Source: Takakia lepidozioides | Taxonomy: Eukaryota; Plantae; Bryophyta | DNA length: 64,000 nucleotides | Reading direction: 5' to 3' | Assembly (NCBI GenBank): GCA_030704615.1 | Contig: CM060733.1 | Span: forward strand, 42,842,001 to 42,906,000 | Part shown: positions 15,266 through 25,700 of the stretch, piece after piece | Layout: the number at the start of each line of letters is the position of its first letter | Numbering within the stretch: the first letter of the stretch is position 1 | Translations under genes and position numbers: made by a program | Notes under the pieces: model-generated | Told to the model about the DNA's origin: nothing | Databases searched by the model: none | The model's input: only the letters and a program-made list of their open reading frames with translations

Positions 15266-16594
15266 ACACCTTCTTTTTTCATGGAAAATGTTTGAAAACA
15301 GTACTAAATTTATTGCCTCTCATTTTACAACAATTGGGACGATATGGTGCACGCGCAAGCTGACCGGTGGACCCCACGCACGGACCTCCGCTCCCCCCCT
15401 TGCGCGCGGTCACCCAGCTGCTGCCGCGGCAGCCTCCCGCTGCTCGTGAGTCCAGTTCCCCTCAGTCCGCCAAACCGCCAGTCTGCCGGCTAGTCCGTTG
15501 TGCCCGTCTACTGCCCCACTCTGAACCCTCTCAAACCCCCGCCCTAGTCTGCCAATCCGCCAATCCGCGCCGGCCGAAGGATCTGAATCGTCCAATCTGA
15601 GAAACCCATCCGCGCCATCCATGTTTAGGGCATGGAAAATCGCAACATCATGCCACGAACTCGCCCACTCGTTCTTGTTGTCTCGTTCTTGTGGCTCTTT
15701 GTTGTCCAATGTTGCGGAGCTGACTTTGCACGCACGCGGCTGTTCTTTCTTGTTTAGGGCAATTTTAATGACAATGAAGGGGGTGCCTCAACGTCCGGGG
15801 AGAAGCCAGCTACATGCTAGCCAACTGAATTCCAGAATGTCCGAATGAAATATGAAACCTCAGGAAATGGATCCGAGGGAAAAAAATGGCCGAAGCGGAA
15901 ATCAATGGGGTGCCCTACTTTTAGGAAGGATATTTGCCTTTCCATTTCATTACAGACAGGAAATCCCCCGTGGGCCCACATTGTCTGTTTCGACTCTCCA
16001 GTAGTCTCGTTTACTACCAAGTGGTTCCCGGAGTGGTGGCGGACATGCAGTCGACTCGGAAAAGACACAAATGCTTCTAGTGCTCTCTCCTCTAGTGACA
16101 ATGGGTCCAATATCAGGCTCCCAATCGTCCTCTGTAACTCCAACCTTTAGTCCAGCAGACTTAGAGGTAGATGACGCGTCACGTGGTTGCTATGTCGCAA
16201 CCTCTTGAGCAGTACTCCCTGCCTGTTCAGTCAATGACAAGGCCTCATCCTACCCCATCATCTCATCCTTGAGCACCTCCTTAACCCGAGAAGAATCCCT
16301 AACCTCATTCGTCACAGCCGCCTTGGCTGCCAACTCCCTCTAAACCTCGAGTACCCAAGTCTTCACTAGTTCGCCCCCACTCACTGCCTGTACCATTTCG
16401 GTAGGCAGAGAGACCGTCAAGGGAAGTGCACTCCGCACTCTACGTTGCTCAGCCATAGCCAAGCTGATAATCCAGGTCAAGCAATTGAGATCCATCGCTT
16501 GCCCCAATACCTGACAACGTGATGCCTCAGAAAGAGAAGGCACCGCCGTGGTATGCTAGTGGAAAAACCCATAGCCCGCTCTTGTTCGTTGGCA

Positions 16595-17278
16595 TTAGGC
16601 TTCACTAACTGCTGCAGCTGAGCATCCCACATCCCGGAAAGCATGCGATCCTGGGATGCTGAGCAGTGTAGGTAGTGTTGCTCGTAATTGACCCACCTTA
16701 TTGACCACTGCCAAAGGTGAACGGTCATCGTGTCTCACGCGTTGAGACTGTCTCCCTGTGTCCAAAATGCTATCCACTGTGAGGTGTGCTGGCCGCTGCA
16801 CCCCATTAAATGCACGCTTGAGTAGTGCGGGTGGCATCAAGTTAGTCCACCATAGTCGTGGACGATGAGCCCGTGACCCCACTGTAGCTGCATCCAGCAA
16901 CACTGTTGACCTAAGCCACGACCGGACTTGGTGCACACTGGCCATCACCCTGGCCCAAGAATCGCCCATTAGTGGCACATTCTCCAAGATGTATGCTGGA
17001 GATACAGCTTGAAGAAACTGTAAGTGGCGTAAAACCCACACCATCTCCCAAAACAGACCCGACCTCGAGTCTCGCAATCCATTGCCATGCCCGACTGATG
17101 AATGCCCTTGGCAGGGCCAACCTGCCATTACCAGATCAATGGAGCCAACCCGCTCCAAATCTTGCGCCCCTAGCAACAAAATGTCTGCTGATATCCACGA
17201 ACCGCAGACACCGGCAACAACTCAGGGCACTGCTGCACCAACTGAGCAACATGACGGAGTGAGACGCATCGTGCAGTC
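16595..17278 (-). pseudogene. C5 cytosine DNA methyltransferase domain (DNMT3/DRM-like), retrotransposon-borne fragment
   Basis: Motif IV DLVMAGWPCQGHS (about 17108-17135), RSGLFWE, motif VI YILENV (about 16976-16993) and motif VIII DAATVGSRAHRPRLWWTNL. There are no introns; motif I is missing and the frame is broken near 17190. Confidence 0.88.
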
Positions 17279-17610
17279 CATGCCATGAAAGGCGTAAACA
17301 GTTGTGGATTGCGCATTTATTGCAAGTCACACCAACTATCAAACTCCTGGATAAAATTATCCAACTCAATGGTGCCCACCGCCCAAAGTATCTTCGTGGC
17401 CCCTTGGTGGCTCCATACATCTCCTCCATTGTGTCCCACAACAATGGCAATGAAACTCAATGGTTGCTAGCATAGCTTGCACCTGCACCGGCATCCACCG
17501 CAAGAACTCCTATGGTTGGCTGGTCATCACCTCCAACCTCATCACATGAGAAACAAAGATGGTATGATTGGTCATCAACCCAGCCTCACCATCAACAACA
17601 TGCTTTTAGG
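17279..17610 (-). mobile_element. Ty3/gypsy gag N-terminal fragment and 5' leader, same family as 44.1, 47.4 and 62.1 kb
   Basis: PLLWDTMEEMYGATKGPRRY..GTIELD.FIQEFDSWCDLQ..RNPQLFTPFMAW matches ORF 62068-62976. The reverse complement of about 17480-17530 matches 61930-61980 (gatgaccagccaaccata.gagttcttgcggtggatgc.ggtgcaggt). Confidence 0.85.
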
Positions 17611-17744
17611 GTTGAATCGGCGATCAAGGCCGAGTTCCCCCACACCAAAAACAACTTCACCGTGTCGTTCTAGCAACCTAGCCCAAACCCGGATCTAACT
17701 CTTGCCTCCACCTACGGAAAGGTCTCGGCCTACAGAAAAGATGG

Positions 17745-17945
17745 CAACGACGCAATGGCGTGAGCGTTGCACGTGAGCGCGCGAGCGTACGCTCACGCAG
17801 GAATGACGTGGCGTGAGCGTACGCTCACGCCAGCTGACGTGGCGTGAGCCTGCACACATGCTGACGTGGCGTGAGCGTCATGTCAGCATGCTGATGTGGC
17901 GGTAAATGATGACGTGGCACTGTCCGTCAACTGCCACGTCAGCAT
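17745..17945 (+). repeat. Left subterminal array of the MULE (TGACGTGGCGTGAGC repeats and a 20-bp palindrome)
   Basis: tgacgtggcgtgagc occurs at about 17804, 17835 and 17862. The perfect palindrome GCGTGAGCGTACGCTCACGC is at 17811-17830. Confidence 0.85.
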
Positions 17946-18394
17946 TAACATGCGCCGCCTATAACCGTGGATGGTCCTATGACCGTGGAATTAATGCAGG
18001 GAATCTTGCCTAAATAGAATCAAGACGAGCGTTGAGGCCTACAATTGCAGCATCCAACATTGTGCAATTACAAATGTTTGTTTCACTTTTACAATTACGA
18101 AGACGACAAAATATCCTCACAAAGTGTGCGCCATAAAGGCTGCCACGAGAAGACTTCCTCCCTCCTCAAATAACAATGAGAGTTATGATCATCTTCAAAA
18201 GATGATTGTAGTGCATAGCGACAGCAAGACATGTAGACTTCGAACGGTGCAATGACAAATGTGCACTACCTAAAAGTTGTCACTCAGACCTCACTCCGTA
18301 TAGTTGGAGGCCATATCATTGCACAGCCGACGAATTGATGTGAATTACACATTTCAAATCATGGTCATCCACATACCACATTACATAGTTCATG

Positions 18395-21300
18395 CTACCC
18401 ATGTGTTGTATCCCGCTGCAAAAGAGTATCGACCTCGTTGAAACTCATAGTGGCCTGGTGAATGAAGTTGTCACGTTTGGGATCGCAAACCATCCTCCTC
18501 AAAAATATGAAATACAAATGTTTGCAGGGTATGAATTTACCTCTCTTGCCCAAACTGGTTGATAGCATATTCACAAAATCAGGACATGTGCAATTGGGGA
18601 AATTGGAAACCGTGATGTCGTAGGTCCTGTCATGAACAGCAGATGTGGAAGTGATGATTGTGAATACCCGACCATATCCTGGATCGGGTACTTCCGTGGT
18701 GCTTCCGACACGAGCTTGGAGCATTCTTGCGGACTCCACTTTGCCAAAGTGTTCAGCGGTTGGAGGGAAACGCCGAACGAGCTTTCCATCTCGTTTGGTT
18801 GGCCACAAGTCAGGATTTGCCGGGGGGACCCGGGAGGACGCAGAGTAGTAGCACATGCATGGAGTTGGGGTTGTCTCGCAAGGGAAAAACCTGCCTCCTC
18901 CAGCATTTCAATCTCCTGAAAGCTGAGATGTGTTCCCACCTTCACGGGCCAAACGGTTGGAGGAGATGGCTTCATCACTACGGAAGGACGCACAGTTCCA
19001 TGCACACATCTGGCACAATCATCTGCGCAGAACCAGAACTTGTGGTTCTTGGCTTCTGGTTGACCGTATGGACGCATCAAGCCCGTGAAAGTCGGAGCAG
19101 GAGTTCGGGCACCACCTCTGGATATAGATGAAGTGCACTTCTCGAAATTAGTTGCCCTGATCGCTGTACATTTCACACGAGACCCGACACTTGTGCGTTC
19201 TATGTGCCAAACGTGGTCGGGGCATGCGGACTCAAGCACATCAAGGGGGTTGTTTCTCTCCTGCACCATTTCAGTGGCACGGTTTGATGCTGGAGCTTGC
19301 CGTCGTGTTGGAGGTTCCTCCACAATGGAGGTTCCGGACACGGAGCTGTCATGCAGGGGAACACGAGGCTTCGAGAAGTTATCACGGTCTGCCCTGTGGG
19401 AATCTGAATCCGAACCAGGTGGAGTGTTCAATTTCCTCTTACAGGAGCCGAATCTCTCCTCCCCTTCAAGATGTGGAACTCTAGAAACAAGTGGCGTTCC
19501 CTGGGCATACATGCTCACCGCCCGTGCTATCTTGATTGGATCCCCAGATCTGTTTGCAGCACGCAACATCAACTCCGATTTGTCCGGACCCTTGCCACCA
19601 ACCCCACCTCGTAAGAAATCACGGTATCGGGTTTGTTGTTGCAAGGCACGTATCAAATCATCTGTTGTTGCCACATACAAATCCCGACCTCGTTTCCCAG
19701 ACTGCTGCAACCATGCATTGTGCACAGTTTCTGCCAAATTGCAAGATGGCATGTCCGCCATTTCCTCAATGGACATGTTCTGCAAAGAGGATAACCACAC
19801 TTCAGAATAGTGCACAGGAAACAACATAAAGAAAGCAATGAGTCAAAAATATGGAAAGCAAATGTATGAATAAAGCATGAAATAGAAGCCTCGTACCATT
19901 GTCATGGCTGCTCCCCACTGTCTATACCGGAAGTGCCAAAACGCCAGCCAATCTTCCAATGCTCTCATACTCTCAAGTGATGCAGCTCCAGAAGAGAACC
20001 ACCAGGCACGAATTGTCTGGAACAAAGTGTCCGCCTCCTTCATTGTTCTAGCATCTTTGTACTCTTTGCACAATTTACGGTGCTGAGTCTGCATCTCTGG
20101 TTTGATGTCCGACTTTGTATGTTTTTCCAGAGATTGTGTCCAATGGAATAGACATGTACGCTCTCTTCCTGGCATAGGCACTTTTGGGTCGCCCGATCCG
20201 AAGACAATACGAATAGCATTGAAATTTGCTTGAGCACTATCCGCCATGAAACCTGCGAAATTTGGAGATGGCAGCCCATGGCAGCCCATGACACGTATCA
20301 GGGAATTCCACATGAGCTTCTGGGATTCCGTATCCTCGGATTGCATGTCACAAACTGCAATTGTCATAACTCGTTGGTACACTGGATCGTAGACATGACA
20401 AGCCATTGTCGTCCAATCCTTCACTCGTTTCACATGATCAAACATAAGAAAACAGTTCTGCAAGTCCCCAGTCTTCTGCATCCGCTTCACGAGGCTAACC
20501 CCACTGCCCTCCCCAACAGTCGACATTTTGAAAAGAAAAACTTTGATGGCACCTTGACCTGGGAATACATTGTCCTGGATGTAATCGTACTTGCTCAGTC
20601 GTTTCAATTCCAAAATATTGTCTATGTAGCCTCTGATCCCAGAGCCCATTCTCAATGCATTGATCTGATGCCGAATGTTAGGTGAACTTAAAGTGGAGAA
20701 ATGATCCATGACCAGGTCCAATGCTGCACCGTCAAGTTTAGTCCCCACAGAATCTCCTTCACTCAAAATATGGCTTTCCAAGAAGGACTTGCTTGCGCCA
20801 AGAGCAATTGCAGATGTTGTTGCGGATGGGTTTCTCCCGAACTCCTGTTTGATCAACCTCGATACTGTCTCAACACTCTCCCCTTCGAGACAGGATGGTT
20901 ATGGAATCCAAAATGCACACAAGCTCTCGTCATTGTATTCAAACGGTGGACAACATAGTACATTCTTGCTCCGCAGAGCGCCAAGCAGGATGGCACAAGT
21001 TTGCAGAATTTGCAGACGAAAGTGTTTGCCGGTGGAGGGGCAGTCCCAGGCTGAAATGGATTCTCTGCCAGACCCTCCCATTCGCTTTGATTATGAACTC
21101 CAGACTGAAGAAAGTGTCTGCAATTCAAATTATCACACCTAAGGTGTCCATTGCAAACTGTCCTCCTGAAAACAAGCTTGTCATCATTCTGAATATTGGA
21201 TGTTTTTGTTCTGCACCACGGGTGCCCGTCGTGTTTCTTGTCCATTCCATGCATCATGATTGTTACACCTCCAACTCGCGGAGGAGGAGGCAGCTCGAAT

Positions 21301-21898
21301 AGGATATCGCCATCAAAAGTCTCCGGCAAGAACTTCACAGGCACCTGCTTCAAAGATTCCCAATCAATTCCCCGCAACTCGCTTTTGAATCCAGCCATTC
21401 CTCCCATCGCCCGCAATTTTGGAATGACACTACAAATCTCTTCTTCATCAGCTTCTGCAACCACAGTAGGAAGGACTGGATTTGGAATTTCACTTATGTC
21501 ATCATCGGAAGAATCCGAAAGCTCAACGATTGGAGTGGAGGAAGTCTGTTCTTTTTTCACCACCACCTCCCTCTTGTCTTCAACGACCGAAGCAGCAGTC
21601 CCGGCGTCACATATGACCCAAGGGACTTTCGCCGAGGCTCTCCAAGTACTCTGTATCGACCAGGACGCACTCTCCACTGGCTGATATGAGCCGTCTCATC
21701 ACGGTTTTGGAAAGAATATTTCACCAACTTCCCTTTCAGATCGTAAACCTCTTTCTCCAAAAAGATGGAGCCATTCTGCAGCTGAAAACGGGTAGCCAAG
21801 ACATGTTCCAGAACAATTGCAAATCCATTGTCAAGGACTTCCTGGGAGAACGGCACTGGTTTGTCGTCTGAGAAGAACTCCGCTTCAGAGGAAGCCAT
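18395..21898 (-). pseudogene. MULE transposase (GCM/WRKY-like Zn domain, DDE core, C-terminal SWIM finger), frameshifted
   Basis: N-terminal W..TKTSN..C.GHLRC...C..C..C..HFGFHNHP. Catalytic core FLMFDHVKR (about 20438), FMADSAQA (about 20240), CLFH (about 20143-20154) and NLAETVH (about 19730). SWIM finger CTCPDF...PCKH. One GT-AG intron at about 19896-19780. Frameshifts near 21690, 20880 and 18860. Confidence 0.85.
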
Positions 21899-22753
21899 CT
21901 TCCTTCCTCGAGTATGTTTGTACCTTGCTATCGCAGATCTAGTGTAAATCGGTTTACTGCTGTCTCCAGAACACAGTTGAAGAATGAGCAGAGCATATGG
22001 CGGAGGAAGCTCAGATAACGACTGTGCATATTCTGTTATTCATTCCAGATATGCAGCCGTCCATTTTAATTACTTTTCTTGTGGGCCCAGTGGTCAGAGA
22101 ATCCATAGGGGCAGTGTCGGCAACTGTTAAACCGTTAATCAGAACCTCATCAATAAACCCAATAACAAAGCCGACTTCCTGGAAGCATGCCACAGGATCC
22201 GAGAATGGGATTGCAGATTAAGTAAATGTATCTATATACTACTACCAATGATCATGCGCACCTGGAAAGTTCCAAATGTGCAACGAATGTGGGGTTTGGA
22301 TAACAAGGATGACCGTGTATGATATTCCAAAATTTGTCATCAAACTCTCGTTCATTTATATTTATTTGTTTAAGACTGCGCATCAATTTCTGGGATTCGC
22401 TGTTCTTTTTAAATATTGAACCAGTTATAATTTAGAACACGCCGTTTTGTTTTGGGCGGCACACGTCAGACATCCATAACTGAATACGAACAGCTGTACA
22501 CCAATTGCTGGCATGTGCACTAATAACGAAACGACTATGTGTAACGGTCACGCGGGAGGGAATCCGATGCTTCTAGAGACACGCAAGAACACAGGCAATC
22601 CCGCAAGAAATCGGGAGTCACTGCGTTTTTCTACTTTTCGCGCTTAGAGGGAGAGTGGTAGTCAAGCTGGAGAGGGTTCCTTCTAGAATACGAAAGAGAA
22701 GAAAGTCTCTTTATTTTACTTCCCTTAGAGAGAGACGCAGAGCAAGAGAGAAA

Positions 22754-25700
22754 ATGACGAGGCGTCGTTTGTTGGAGAACACAGGGCCAAGGCAGCAGGT
22801 GAACGCGGAGACTGATTCACAAGAGCAGACGGAGACTGAGGCAGCGGCTGCGACACAGTCGGCGATAAGAGTGCGCCAGCCTGTGGAGGCAGAGATGAAT
22901 CGCAGGGACACTGAAGAAGGTGGAAGCACGCGGAACGCCGAACCTGAAGAAGGTCAAGAAACCCTTGCGCAGACAGAAACTCCAGCAGATGTGAGAGGGA
23001 AGAGGAAAGCTGCAGAAGGGGATCAAAGTTCAAAACCTAAGAAGGTGCCAGTAAGTTTTATCATATAGTCTATGTGATTGCCTTTCAAGGAGTCCTTCCT
23101 CTTCCATTCTTTAGCAGGAACTACTGAATCGCGAGCGTCGTTAACGCCATTCGATTCTGCTCATGAGATTTATGTACCTATGTGTTTGAAGAGAGAGTCT
23201 GCACTTACTATTCTCCCTAAACTACACTGAATGTCGTTGCCGCCAATCAGTTGCACATATATGTCATTACACAACACCGATCCGGCAGGTTGTTATCTTT
23301 TGTGATTGTCGTTAACGCCGTTCGCTATCGCTCTCACTTTTGTTTTGAATACGGCAGTCTCGGCTTTGCATGTGTAGATTGTGCTGAATTCTTTCACACC
23401 ATTCATGGTGAGTTTCCTTGATACAGAGTGATTGTCGTTACCGCCATTCACTATTTGCAAATCACTTAGTCAGAACTGAATGGCATCGTGCAGAAAACTG
23501 TGAGGTCGAAGCCTACAGGATCAGAGGGGAAAGGATCTGGAGATGGGGACGAGTCCGCAAAAAGCTCAGAGAATACAGATGAAGCAGATGAATCCGAAGT
23601 GCACTACCTTGACAAGGTGAAAGAACTCATGTCATTCCAGAAGGTAAACTCTCAGGAGGTTATAAGGGACATGCTCGTATCTGGAGGGCGTCTGGACATA
23701 CCTCTGTGCCGGATGATATCAATGCCTGTTGTGCGTCCACCTCTTTCCCATGACATAACAAAATTGGAGAGTGATTTTGTGCATGGATATAGACTTGGTG
23801 CACAAGTTTTTTATGTGTCACTGACGGATATAAATGGGAAAAGCACATTAGTTTCTCCAGAGATCAGTGATAACTGGGATGAGTGCTGGAAAGATGCCAA
23901 TGAGGAGTTCGAGCTGGGCCTCATGATGGGAAAGAACACCCAGCAATTTTGCAACCACATGTTCTACGTCTGGGACGGCAACCACCGATTGCTGGCATGG
24001 ATGGGATACATTCAGAAACACCATTCGAAAGACAAAGACAAGCATGTTGCTGTGGAGGCAATGGTTTTGGATCCAGGAAACGACATCGCTAGGCTTCTTA
24101 CAGCTATGCACGACGTGAACAAGTAAGTCATCCAGGAGATTTGATTCCCTCTGTAGTGTCTTGTTGATCCTCAAAAAACAGTGTTAAGGAATGCAATGTT
24201 TTCAATGTTTTTGCAGATCGACAGAGAAATCGCATGTGACAACAAGCTTGGTTCACACACTATTCCGAATTCAGAGGATTGGTCTGATGAAGCTGGATGA
24301 TTTTCGGACAGTACTACCACCCAATATCATCAAGAAGTGCGAAACAGGAAGAGCTGCAGGCACTTGGTATTCTTTGACACGAGAGGCGTTTCTGGAGTAC
24401 ATGTATGCGGTAAGCCCGAGTCTGTAATCTGTTTACTTTTCGAATACATGTTTAGAGTCCCTTCGGAGCTAATCACTACTTGAATGAATGCAGCAAGAAC
24501 TGGCAGAGGCAGCTGAGAAGGGAAAATCCGAATATTACCGCACTACACCAGAGGAACTAAGGACATCAAAGGGTGTGGAAGCTGCAATAAAGAAGGAGTT
24601 TGAGATGCGAAGAACCAAATTGATGTCAGCCTTCGGAAAGCAGCTTAGAATAGTAGATCCTGGACTTGGTCCTGAGTTCCTTCAGCAGATCAAAACACAC
24701 TATGACAAGCATGTGCATCCGGAGATGCAGCAGGAGAAATTGCACCGGCTGGCCATATCGATGGTCGACCCACAAACAAAAATAAGGTGGCTGGAGATAT
24801 GGAACTCAGATCAAACAGTAAAGGACTTGAATCAGTTCCCAAAGAGCACCATACAGCCTGGCACAAAGGTGGAAGGAATCAGTGATTTGGTGTTTGATAA
24901 CTGGCTCCACAAGGCTACATTTTGGAGTCAGGTGTGTATTCGAACATGCTGTTTCTTCTCTTCAAGTATGAGTGTGTGTTTTTTTTCAATTCTGACAAAT
25001 ATACTATTTGCAGCTCGAAAAGCGCGCCGTCATTGTGCTGGATCAGACTTTGAAGGACCTGAACATTGCGATTGTTTCCCCTCCCCAAATGTCATTGGAG
25101 GCATACATAAGGAAGTGGAGAGGTCTCACCTGGAGATACTGTTTTTTCCGGGAGTTCTCCAAAGATGGTAACATTTTACGGTCCAACGACTTTGACAGTC
25201 AGGTTGGAGGAGAGTGGGCCATGATGCGAGTTGTGTACAGGTGAATGTCATACTTGAAACTCTACTGTTTTTTTGGGAAAAATTGTGGCTTCATATGGAT
25301 TGCAATCTTAGATCCAGATTGAATGTCGTTGACGACATTCACTTCTTTGTCTGAGTCATTCTTAAGCGAGTATATGAATTCACCTGGTTAGGATCTAAGG
25401 GTGCAATTATATTGTCCCTGATTAGAATTGATAATGTCCTTGAATGGCGTTGACGACATTCACATACGGAGTTGTTGTGTGGTCCTCAAGGTTATTTAAA
25501 TTTTTGTAATGTCCATAGAGGTTACAATGAGGGTTGATCACTTCATTTTGCTGAATGTCAATGCAGACATTCAGTTGTTCTGCATTGTTTTTTCCTCTTG
25601 CGATGAATATGGAGGCTTGATAAGCTCTGTTTTAAGAAATCCAAAGTGAATGTCGTTGACGACATTCACAGCTGTGTCTGTATTATTCAAAAACGACAAA

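Noticed and set aside
19085-19810. 241-aa plus-strand ORF and similar antisense ORFs over HSP90, ATAD2 and gag
   Set aside because: These are shadow frames opposite real coding sequence.
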